NCBI GenBank assembly: GCA_012295275.1
Contig: CM022677.1
Span: 21,328,001 to 21,392,000 of the forward strand
Direction of reading: 5' to 3'
DNA length: 64,000 bases
Source: Chrysomallon squamiferum
Lineage: Eukaryota; Animalia; Mollusca
Below the pieces are notes generated by a model that was given only the letters and a program-made list of their open reading frames with translations, did not search any database and was not told where the DNA came from. Below are positions 35,350 to 48,173 of this stretch, piece by piece. Both the position numbers and the translations under genes were made by a program. The stretch's first letter is position 1. Every line of letters begins with the position of its first letter.

Positions 35350-38145
35350 ATTTTAAAATAAATTTATTTACAAATGAGGATTTCAGTACATGCAATTTAA
35401 AAAAATAGAGAAAACAGAGAAAAAATATAACAATTTTATTATTAAGTTATTTATTTCATTATTTATTATTTAAATGTGTTTGTTTGTTGTTTATAACTAT
35501 TTGTTTTATTTTGCTTTCTTTCTTTCTGTTATTTTATTTATTTATAAATTTATTTATTTGTTTTCATTAAATTTGTAAACTGATTTTATAATACTGACAT
35601 TTATCAGTTGTATTTATTATTTTATTTTTTCATTTCTTCTATTTTTCTTTATTCATTTTTTTTTCTTTTCTGTTTTCATTATAATTTTTAGACTTAATAG
35701 TTGCAAAAATAAGAATTTTAAAGAATTTTGAAAATAATAAAAAAAAAAAAAAAGCAATTGAATCATGAGTAATATTTAAAAATCTTGACCTTGATTATCC
35801 TGCAAGTTCAAATGGTTTTGTTATAAAGACTACTTGTCTCTTCTATCCTCATTAAATCAACAGGTATTACAGAAACTAAATGTTTTTATTTTCTGAATGC
35901 AAGAGGCAATTCCTACATAGCCTCATGATTATCTAAATAAATAAATAAATTAAAATAAAACAAAATAAAATAAGTGAGTAAATAAATAAATAAATAAATA
36001 TATAAATAAAAATAAAATAAAATAAAACAATAAAAATTATTACTTGAGAAAAAACTGCTTCTTTAGCAATTAAAGTACTGATATGCAAACAATTATCAGA
36101 AATATCATGATGATTGTATAACCTTGATTACAGAGTTAATTCAAATGATTTCATTATAAAGACTACATAACCTCCATTACCATTAACAAACAGATGATTT
36201 TACAGACAATAAACCATAGATTGTCAGGATTGTTGGCAGAAAATGTATTTTATTTTTTATTAAAAGAAAGACAAAATAATGCTAAAGAAAGAATATTTTT
36301 AAAAAAGAGAACAATGACGTGTTGTGCTATGAGGAAGCATTTTTTTCTTTCTTTCTTTTAAAAAGAAAATATTACTAAAATCTTGAGTTTTCTTGAGTAT
36401 TTAAGATAATTATAAAATAAACTCTACATAATCAGTGAATTATAAACACTGTATAGGCTCTAATATTCTTCCCCACCATTTTATATAAAGAATATACAGC
36501 CTTGATTATCCAAGTAGTATCAAGCAAATTCTGTTTATAAAGACTTTTATAAACCTGATTATTTAAAAGCATCCAAATAAAATTTAATTCCAAAGTCCAC
36601 TTAAAATGTAAAGAAACTTTTAAAAATCCTTGTTAAAAAACAAAAATTTAAAACTTAATCAAAAATAAAAAAATTTAAAAATTAACCAAATGGTTAAAAA
36701 CTATAATTCTTAAATAAAATTTTTGTAAAAATACAAGGACACTACAAGAAACAGTCTTGAATATTATACAAAATCAATTCAATTACAAAGACTAACTGAC
36801 TCCGTTTATAAAGACCATGAAAATCTTTACCAACAATGATCCTGAATGGTAACTACACTTGTTTGTGGTTGTTTTTATTTTGTTAATTCTAGATATACTA
36901 TATAGATATAGATATTTCACTGTACAGAATATTCTAAACTGTGAAATTTTTTGTTTTTAAATATACCTTTTTATCCATCTGATTTTAAATGATTTTATCC
37001 ATCCATTTTACACAGTGGACTATGTCCAGAATGTACAGTGACTGCTATTTAGAGATTTCACTTTCAGTGCATTCAGTTACTATTTTTAATTAAAAAAATA
37101 TATAAAATGTTCCTCCTGTTTTTAACCCATTTCTGTACATTTCTCAAATGTCCTCATTAAACAGTTCTCTTTATTGTACAGGTTCTGCAGTGCAGACTGG
37201 AATCCACTTACTACAAAATTCCTCATCCTGAATAAACAGTTGCCTGCATTATACAAGTCATTTTTTAAAAAAAATTTTTTTAAAATGTCAATAGATTGTC
37301 TTTGTCCAGAATAAAAAGTGGTCTGTATATTGTAAAGGAATTTAAAATGAAGAATAAAAATACTCAGACTAGGAGAATTTATGTCCAGATAAAACAGTTG
37401 TCCATAATGAACAGGTTTTTTTTCATCTCCAGACCATTGCATGTATATTGTTTTTCTTTATTGTTAAGTTTTAAACTTTAAGATTCCACGGTTTGATTGA
37501 ACAAGTGGCTTCAATGAAGAAGTTTCATTTGTCCAAATTATTCAGTTTTGTATTTGGCAGTTTTTGTGTTTACTAGATACAGTACTTGTAATCATGAAGT
37601 TTATCCTGTCCAGTTTAAACAGTTTTGTGTATTCCACAGTTTGTAAGCCTTTAGAATAAAATATAATATTTATATTACTGAATGGATTGCAATGTAGAAG
37701 TTTTCTGATGTGCTGAGTTCCATTTCCATATAACACAGTGGACTGTAATGTACAGGTTTTTGTCCACATTACACAGTATTTTGCATTAATTAATTAGTTC
37801 ATCCTTGTTAGACAATGATCTGAAATGTAAAGGTTTCTGTCAGCATTATTTAGTTTTTTTGTTTTGCAGAGATTGTGTCCATATTATAGTGGATTGTAAT
37901 GAAGAGGTTTCTGTCCACATTACACAGCTGTCTGGATTGTAGAGTTTAGGTTTGTATTACACAATGTAATGTAGAGTTCTGTCCACATTACACAGTCCTC
38001 TGCAATGTACAGGTGTAATCTTCCAAAGCCAAATCCTGAGCATTTCTCAGTAACATCACAGCTCTGAAAAAAAAAAAAAAATAATAATAAATAAATAATT
38101 AAATTAATAGATAGATAGATAGACAGATAAATAAATAAATAATAA

Positions 38146-38189
<44 letters not shown>

Positions 38190-38610
38190 CAATGATAATA
38201 ATGATAATAATAATAACAACAACAATTATATTAACAATAATAAAATAAAAAGTAAATAAACAACCAAATAATTAAAAAATAAATTAATTAATTAATAAAT
38301 AATATAATTAAGCAGACTAAATAAATTATTTAATAAAATAAAATAAAATAAAATCTCAGACTTTAAAAGTGAAATTTACCAGTAACCAGAAATATAAATA
38401 AACATTAAACATAAAACAATAAAGACGTAAGAGAGAGACTGAGAAATGAACAGACATACATACATACACACAAACAGACAAAGAACCTATAACAGTTGTT
38501 CTTCATAAGGTCAAAAAAAGATAAACAAACTGACAGACACACACCACAAAGAGACATACAGACAATCTTACAAAGATTATCAATCTGACAGAAACACTAA
38601 TGGCTAAACA

Positions 38611-38652
<42 letters not shown>

Positions 38653-39248
38653 TATACACACAGACAGACAATCTTACAAAGATTATCAAACTGACAGAAA
38701 CACTAATGGCTAAACAGACAGACACACACACACAGAGACACACACACACCACACACACACACAAACAGACAGACACACACACACACAAAGACTTGAAGAA
38801 GATGAGGAGGAACATGACAGATGAACACACACAAGGAGACACAAAGACTCCCATCACACACACACAAACAGACAGACACACACACACACACAAAGAGACA
38901 TAGAGACAACCTTACAAAAAGACATTGTCATAATACCACAAAGAGACACACAGACCATGGAGACAGAACAGACACACACAGATGGACACACAGACAGTGA
39001 CACTCTTGTTGCTCTTTGACTTGTTTCTGCTGGCTTGAAGAAGATGAGGAGGAAATGACGATGAAGCCACTGGTCACAGTGACTCCCATCACTGGAATAC
39101 AAACGCTGGAGAAAATAATAACATAAAGAAAGTCTTGTGTGGATAGCCAGCGTTTCCATGGTGATCAGATGGATAGATAGATAGATAGATAGATAGATAG
39201 AAATAGATAGATGGATAGATAGATAGATGGATAGACAGGTGGAGATAG

Positions 39249-39297
<49 letters not shown>

Positions 39298-39336
39298 CAG
39301 ATAGAGATTGGGAGAAAGGAAAACACAGAAAAAGTA

Positions 39337-39423
<87 letters not shown>

Positions 39424-42210
39424 GCTGACTGACTGACTGTATGCTTGTATTTACAAACAAAACATTTTCATAAAATGAAAACGCTTTTCTTTCTCTTAAA
39501 CTACTGAGTGAGAAACAGCGACAGAGAAAAAATGGTAATAGAGAGATAAAAAAATATATATATATATAAATAAATACACACAAACACAGATAGAGTATTT
39601 GTGCTTGTGTGAAAGAGAGATACAGACATGCTGACAGCAACAGAAGAAAATCAATACATGACTGGATTTTTTTTTTCATCTGGAAATGTATAATAATACA
39701 ATGTCTGTTTCTGCATATTACACTGAATACACAATACTTTTTATATTATAACTAACACATAACTAGAATATACCAGTAACCTCTTACCTTCTGTTGTAGA
39801 ATTCATTTTTAAACTGGATGTTTGTAAAAATGTTAACACTCAGATAAGAAATGTTCTCAGATATAGTTTTGTTTTTTTTTGTTGTTTTTTTAAACTGTTG
39901 ATCCAGGAATGTGGCCAAGATCCATATTGTTTAAAAATTCAAGTGATTAACCTGGAAATATAACAAAATTATTAATAAACATTTGACTTAAAATGAAGTT
40001 CTGTGCCCATGCGAAAAAAAGTATCTGGTTCACTGCTGTTATTTTAACAAAAAATGTATACGTCAGAATTATATTTATAATAGAATTGTAATTTAATATC
40101 TGTAATATATCTGTATTAGAATGCATTTTTAAAGCATGATCATGGTGTGAATATAATCACTTAACAAAACCTTGACAGACATTTAAAATTATACAGATTC
40201 CACAGTTATTTGTTAATCTAACATTCATTTAGTAACATCAAGACAGACAGATAGAAAGAGAGATAGAGAGAGAGAGATAGACTGTAAGATAGAAAGAGAT
40301 AGTAATTATATATATATATATAGAAGCAGAGATATTCACTGGAATTGCAGAAACATGCAGATACAGACAAAATACAGATAGACACACAAAGTCAGAACAT
40401 ACTGTATACTGTGTAATTATGAAATCAGAGGAAAAAGAGTTTTCTCACAAACAAGAAGATTCAGATTATTTTAAACCACTTTGACACAATCACAGCTTTT
40501 TGAGATTTTGTTAATTTTTAAATTAATCAATATTTGTTCAACATCTATGTCTGCACTGAATATTAATGTTTATATGACTGTCATTAGATATTATAAAATA
40601 AACATATTTCTACATACAAATTTGGTTTTAACACTTTGCACAAAGAAATAAATCTTGTATTATAATTAAACAGTCCTCCTTGACTACATAAAACTGGAAT
40701 GAACAAAAACATCACCACATCCAGTAACTTATCATAATTTTCTGAATCACTCACTGAAATGGCAACATTATAAAACATTGGTGACTGATTCTGAAGTATA
40801 ATATGCTACATTTATAGTTTTAAATTCCAAATTAATATTTTAGTATAAATTTTATTAAGATCTATAAAATTTTAGCTGAAATATTTTTATGGTATAGCAG
40901 TATTATATAAATATTTTATTTATCTGGCTGTCCATCCTAATACAGATAAATTATTGATATTCAGTTTCAGTTCTGTTATAAATATAATTCTGACATATAA
41001 ATTGTTAATACTAAATTATCATAAAGATTCTAGTATAAAATATCATTCTGTATAATATAATTGTTAATACTAAATTATCATAAAGATTCTAGTATAAAAT
41101 AGCATTCTGTATAATATAATTGTTAATTCTAAATTATTATTATGGTTCTAGTAATATTATCATGCTGACGTATAGACGGTTAATACTAATTATGATTATG
41201 ATTCATCGATGAACAGTTCTCATAAATTATTAAATACTATTTTTCTGATTTTTTTTTAATACAAAAATACTATTAAATAATTAACACTATCGCTTATATA
41301 TTATATAAAATACCATCACTTCATATTATAATCACTATTTTCATCTTTAACAATTCCAAGAATTCAAACCATTATATAAAGCAATTTAAAATGTTTGACT
41401 CTAAGTTTACTTTCCGATTTTTCGAAGCACATTCCTTAATAATTCATTAAATACGATCGAGCTTGTTATGATAATTACCGGTTTTGCAACAACTTTTTCC
41501 TTTCGTGTTCGTCTCACTTATGCAACCAGATATCTATCGATTTCCTTGGATCTGCAGAAAAAATGATTTAAAAATGAAATAAACGCGAACAATTAAAACG
41601 AAATAAAATAAATTGTTGAACCAACACAAACATTCTTTTCCGTCTAAGGGTAGACAATTCTAAAAATAAATATATTTGCGGTTTTATGTTTTTGGTGATT
41701 TCCATCGGTTCTTTTAGCGATCCGTCAGAAATGTTTCCTGGCTATTTATCATTTATTTGATATGTTTATTTTATTTGTATTAGTTTATTAGCTTTGTTAT
41801 TTTAATTTTCTTCTTGCTGTTTTTATTTCTTTCTTTTTTTTTTTCTCTCACTTTCGTCTTTTCATTTTTTTCGTATGCTTATTCTTTCTCATGTAATTTT
41901 TCAGCGACGATAATAAATTACATCATCATTACAAAAATACACTTATTAAAATTATTATTATTACTGTTATTATTATTTCCATCATTCCACCTAATCATTC
42001 GGTCCTTATTATTAAATCGTAATTAATAAAATACTGAGAGCTTTTTCAAAGAGCCTAATTCGCTTGCAGTTATTAACAGTAATTTTCAGAACAAAAGATA
42101 AAGAAATATTTATAAGGACGCATCTGATATTATTTACGGAGGATGGTTCTAACATCGTCCTCGTTTTGAATATTTTTCAACATTAAAAAAAATCACATAA
42201 TTAATGTAAT

Positions 42211-42281
<71 letters not shown>

Positions 42282-42548
42282 GCACTGATGTATGTGTGTA
42301 TGTATGGACGTACATTAACAGTAAATGGGTTGACATGATGACGAAGCTATCGAGACGGTATAACAGAAGAAAAAAAAGATAATAATGACAAAAAAAAAAA
42401 ACAGAAAAAAAAAAACAGAAAGAAAGATCGATTTTTTCTTTCTTTCTTCCCCGTTTGCTTTAACATTTTTTATTTATTTTTTTCTGATTTGGGATTAGGT
42501 CCAGAATTTATTTAAGGAAATATAAAGATAGAAAGATGAAGGTGTACA

Positions 42549-42584
<36 letters not shown>

Positions 42585-42588
42585 AGAG

Positions 42589-42668
<80 letters not shown>

Positions 42669-43100
42669 AGAAAAAAGGTAGGAGGAAGACAGCAATAATT
42701 TTGGTTCAGTCAAAAAAAGAAGGAAGGAAGGAAGGATGGAAAGGAGGAAGGCCAGAAGGAAAGAAAGAAAGAAATGCTGAAAGAAATTAAAAAAAAAAAA
42801 AAAAAAAAAAAGTAAACGAAAACAAAAACAATGATGAGAGTTAAATACCAGTAATACCAGTACATCTGTTTATTCACATCATTGTGTAAAATATTTCTAT
42901 ACCTCACAACTGGACTGAGTTTTTATTTTTAATATATATCTTTTTTATGTGTTATTTACACAGTGGTACAACTCAGAACTAACAGAGTATATATCAAAGT
43001 AGCAGTTCCGCTAGTCATAAAGAAAGCTTTAAAACACGCTAAAAATATTTTTCATAAATAAATGATTATTTTCAAATACTGTGAAGTGCGAAAAACCCCC
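35350..43100 (-). ncRNA. Putative spliced long non-coding (or micropeptide) transcript
   Basis: Consistent minus-strand splice signals: donor after 42903; exon 41551-41411 (ttttctgcag|...|gtaaac); exon 39951-39788 (tttccag|...|gtaaga); exon 39105-~39004; terminal acceptor T-tract+cag before 38063. No long ORF. CpG-rich segment 43060-43260 lies upstream of a CpG-poor body. Both ends are approximate. Confidence 0.45.
40960..41200 (+). repeat. ~59-bp AT-rich tandem repeat
   Basis: ATAATTGTTAATACTAAATTATCATAAAGATTCTAGTATAAAAT..., 3-4 copies. Confidence 0.8.
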
Positions 43101-43273
43101 CCGTTGCGTGAGATGCGCGCTCGCCTGTTTTGTGAACCACTCATGCGGAACAAAGTGGTAACGTTTCGTCAACGATTCGTCAAAAGAATCGGTCACGGTC
43201 CGATGATTTTTAATTTACAAAACCAGCAATTTTTAACTGTGATCTTAATACAGTCGTCATATCGATTTTTTTT

Positions 43274-43307
<34 letters not shown>

Positions 43308-43579
43308 TTTAATTTTTATTTATTATTATTATCATCATTATTATCATTTTTATTGTATCATTATTACTTTTATTTCGATTGTTTTGTGTGTGTGTGTTTA
43401 TTAATTCTTTTCTTTATTTTACTTTTTCTTTTCTTTAGTTATTACATTTGTTTTGTTCTTTTGTGTGTCCTTTTTTTTTTTTTTTTTTTTTTGCGAAATG
43501 AATAATACTTTCATTTACATTGTTCTTCCCACAAACACACACACACACTAATGTTACATCCAGTTTTTTCAATAGACAA

Positions 43580-43690
43580 GCTGTATAGTCCACTGGTTAA
43601 AGCGGTGGCTTGGAATTTAATACGTCTTCGAATCAATCCACAGCACGCGATTCACTAGTGATATTTCCCGTTCCAAACTCTCTCACTAAA
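43580..43690 (+). mobile_element. Degenerate tRNA-derived SINE head
   Basis: A-box-like TAGTCCACTGGTTAAAGCG and a decayed B-box region; no intact cloverleaf. Confidence 0.35.
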
Positions 43691-43824
43691 AACTAGTGTG
43701 TTATTTCTATCTTTTTAGGGAAGTCTGGACATAGAAGACAACTTAAAGACTGAGATACAGGACAATGGTTTGACAGCAGTTCATAACGATAAACAAGTGT
43801 ACAAGCACTGATACAAGCATTGAT

Positions 43825-43879
<55 letters not shown>

Positions 43880-44099
43880 ACACACTATTCAAGAATCAAA
43901 ACACACAAAAACACCGTGTACATTTGTAATATTATAGTTTATTGTACATGTATCTGGAAGACATTGGTTTTGTTGTTTTCATGAATATACAACACAAATA
44001 AAAAAAAAAAAAAAAAAAAAATAAAACATACACAACACATGAAACACATGGCATATTACATCGCTATTAATATTAATGGGGGGATAACGTTACTAACAT

Positions 44100-44210
44100 G
44101 AATGTATCAAATCTCTGAATGGGCTTTTACCGACATCAAATTTCTGAATGGGCTCATACCGGTATCAAATTTCTGTATGGGCTTGTACCGATATCAGATT
44201 CCTGAATGGG
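44100..44210 (+). repeat. ~29-31-bp tandem repeat (TATCAAATTTCTGAATGGGCT..TACCG)
   Basis: About 4 copies. Confidence 0.8.
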
Positions 44211-44388
44211 AACAGAGCTTAGAATTGATAACTCCAAATATACTACAAAACACTTATGCTCTGTTCTAATACTTGACTAAAAAACAGAATAATACAAACA
44301 AAGTATTGAAAGTATTGTGCCCAGGAAAGGCGTACATAACCTTTCAGTGGAAGTAAGCATGATTCATCTGATAGACTGATTTAGGTAA

Positions 44389-44422
<34 letters not shown>

Positions 44423-44429
44423 CAACTGT

Positions 44430-44547
44430 TGTTGTTAGTAGTAGTAGAAGCAGCAGTAGCAGCAGTAGTAGTAGCAGTAGTAGTAGTAGTAGTAGTAGTA
44501 GCAGCAGCAGTAGCAGTAGTAGTAGTAGTAGTAGTAGTAGCAGCAGC

Positions 44548-44582
<35 letters not shown>

Positions 44583-44880
44583 CAGTAGTAGTTGTAATAG
44601 TAGTAGTAGTAGTAGTAGCTGTAGTAGTAGTTGTATCAGTATTAGCCCTGGCGGAAGTAATACTAACAGTGTCATTGTGAGTAGCGACAGTTGTCGTCAT
44701 GGTAGTAGTAGTAGTAGCAGTAGTTGTTGTTGTTATCACAGTAGTAGTAGTATTAGTAGTAGCTGTAATAGTAGTAGTAGTAGTAGTAGTAGCAGTAGTT
44801 GTTGTTGTTATCACAGTAGTAGTAGTAGTAGTAGTAGCTGTAATAGTAGTAGTAGTAGTAGTAGTAGTAGTAGCAGCAGC

Positions 44881-44930
<50 letters not shown>

Positions 44931-45125
44931 CTGTAGTAGTAGTTGTATCAGTATTAGCCCTGGCGGAAGTAATACTAACAGTGTCATTGTGAGTAGCGAC
45001 AGTTGTCGTCATGGTAGTATTAGTAGTAGCAGTAGTTGTTGTTGTTATCACAGTAGTAGTAGTATCAGTAGTAGCAGCAGCAGTAATAGTAGTAGTAATA
45101 GTAGTAGTAGAAGTAGTAAAAGTCA
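44430..45125 (+). repeat. (GTA/GCA)n low-complexity tract with an internal ~312-bp duplication
   Basis: The unique insert GTATCAGTATTAGCCCTGGCGGAAGTAATACTAACAGTGTCATTGTGAGTAGCGACAG occurs at ~44633 and ~44945. Confidence 0.85.
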
Positions 45126-45314
45126 CGGGATTAGCTGTAGCAGAAGTAACAATCAGTCTACCAAATGAATCACCCCATTTGAGTATTTCCTACAGTCATC
45201 TATACAGCCATTAGCACGTCACGTGACTAAAAATTGATTTTGATTTTTCGCTCAGAAAATTGTTACAAAAGTAACAACAACCATGAACTAATAATAATAA
45301 CGATAATCATAATC

Positions 45315-45363
<49 letters not shown>

Positions 45364-46386
45364 TAATAATACGCAAAGCTTACAAAACAAAATACAACAC
45401 TCATTTGTACATCTTTGGAAAGCCTAGCCAGTATTTGTTTCCTAACAGAGTTAAATCTATCACTTCGACAGTTTCCGTCAAACATCGCACGTTTTACCGC
45501 CGAATCTCTTGCATTAAATTCGGGAACGACCGAACGTTTACGGAAAGTGATGAAGTTTGAATACTCGACACCATTCTGGAAGCATGTGACTTTTGTCACG
45601 TGATTTGTAATACTTAAGCTAAATATAATACTGCTCGGAAGGCACGATAAATAAATCACACGATATTTCATTAAGACTTGCACGTGCAAGGATCGTATTC
45701 TTATCCTAACTAACACTCTAACATGCTAACCTTCTAACATTAACCTAGCGTAGTACAGTATCTATAATATAACACGGCAGCGAATGGTATGTGCGAGAAT
45801 GTTAGTAATCATTTCACTAACATACTAACAGGCTGGCCTTATTTCAGCTCAGTATTGCGTATGTACTAACATAGGCATGCTTTAATAAAATTAGTTCTGA
45901 CTTACTATTTGTTGTGAATACGATAACTGATAGAGAATTCACAGTAGCCATTTAAATATATATATATGATAACATATGTATATGTAAAATGTACATTGTA
46001 ATTGAGTGTTTTATCCCTTGTTAGCGGAAGACCTAATTACCATATGCAAATTAGCTGTATTACGATTACTACTATTAAAATGATATCTACTACCTACAAT
46101 TCCTGTAGGTCAAGCGATAAATAAAATTAATGTGTTATAAATTTAATGATAAACGAACACACATGATTTAAGTAGATTATAGAACATATGACAGGTATAT
46201 ATAAAATATATTACATGGCAGGTATATGAAATACATAATATATTATATACAAACGATATAATGTAATTAATGATTATAAATGATATATATTAAAATGCTT
46301 GTCTCTCATACGCACAACACACCTGAACACACGTACACGCATTTATTCAAATTCGATCTTATTCTTTCTGACATACATACTCTCTC

Positions 46387-46478
<92 letters not shown>

Positions 46479-46960
46479 CATTCATTATCTCAGTTTATCC
46501 CATCATATTATGCAAATTATTCTATTCTACAAAAGGCTGAGTATTTTGGTACATGAATTACATTATAGAAAATGTATGAAAAAAAAAAAAATATGACTAG
46601 ATAATGAAAAAAGACTATACATATGATAAAATATAACATATCTACATAACATACATACATTAACAAATAAGGCAATAATACTGAAAAGGCATATCAGATA
46701 ACAAAATAAATTATGACAGCTTAAGCCATTTTTATACGGTGGATTGGCCAATTCACGGACAAAACAAAAATAACGAATACGTAAAGCTTGTACCCGTCGT
46801 ATCTTTGTATAGTTTAGGTGTATACAGTATAAGGCACCCATGTGAATCTGTATATAATACAGTTATAAAGATTTATACTCCTCACAAGAAACAAATTATG
46901 GTAGTATTTATTTATTTATTTATTTCATTATTTATTTATTTATTTATTTCATATTATTTC

Positions 46961-47032
<72 letters not shown>

Positions 47033-47714
47033 CATTCCGTGAATTAGACCTTAAGCATCCACCAGAAACTTCCAACTTTTAGGCACAACCATATTTTTCA
47101 AACGGAGGCACTTACGTCATCGGTGTGTACAAAAACATGAATTAATGGTGTGAAACGAAAACCGTGTAAAACAGTCCCTGCATTGTAGCACCAGATTCAG
47201 CGAGTAAGGCAGCGAAAACGTAAAAACAAATCCCTGCAGAATATAAGTGGACATTTTCACGTGCACACACACACACACAGAGAAGCACTAAAAAATAACA
47301 TAACATCTCTTGAGTGACAAATCAGTTATTATGATTCTGTGAAATAATTATGATAATGAGTTTGGATAAAATTCCGTAGACAGTTGCAAGGCACGCGAAA
47401 AAAAATAAAGGCACATGAAGCTGTTCAAACTTCGTTTCCTTTCGTATCACTTCGGCAAAATTCGAATGTTCTCTGTAAGTTACGTAGCAAGATATTGTGA
47501 TTTCTGATGCTTGGTTGTTTGTGCTTTTTTACTACAACATTATTCTGGTTGGGGTCGTCTTTTGAAGTGCACTGTATTTCGTAGATTATCGCATTACGTC
47601 ACTGCATGACAATCCATTTGACGTAACAGACAAATGACGTAATAAATTATAACTCATTAGCTTTTGACGCCAAATAATATTTCTACCACCTCGTAATGGA
47701 TATGTTTAATTTTA

Positions 47715-47754
<40 letters not shown>

Positions 47755-47797
47755 TCGGGTTAAAATCGAAAACATATCAATTAACATTTCTTTCATA

Positions 47798-47878
<81 letters not shown>

Positions 47879-48173
47879 GATAAAAGTCAAATTTTAAATT
47901 AATATTTACTGAGTCTGTCCTACATTTCAACGTTATCTCAGAATGAAAACCTCAGTGCGGATACTACGTTATATCTCGTTCCAACCAGTGCGTCGTGATT
48001 TCAAAAACTGTCAACAGTTTCCTCTATAATTTCCACAGCATTCCTCTCTGTTAAAAACTGTCAGTTCAGTTAATGATGTGACTTCAAGATGGACAACACA
48101 ATTGCAGCAGCAGAACTTTGGAATTCATTATGACAGAAAATGGCAGTAATAAAATATGGACGGGAAGCACAGA

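Noticed and set aside
43580-43660. Possible tRNA gene
   Set aside because: B box/T arm is degenerate and no cloverleaf forms; treated as a SINE remnant.
44344-45126. 260-aa Thr-rich mucin-like ORF on the minus strand
   Set aside because: Trinucleotide low-complexity tract with an internal duplication; no signal peptide or convincing splice context. It may lie in the 3' UTR of the sushi gene.
45540-45585. GTGATGA C-box-like motif (possible C/D snoRNA)
   Set aside because: No suitably placed CTGA D box or terminal stem.
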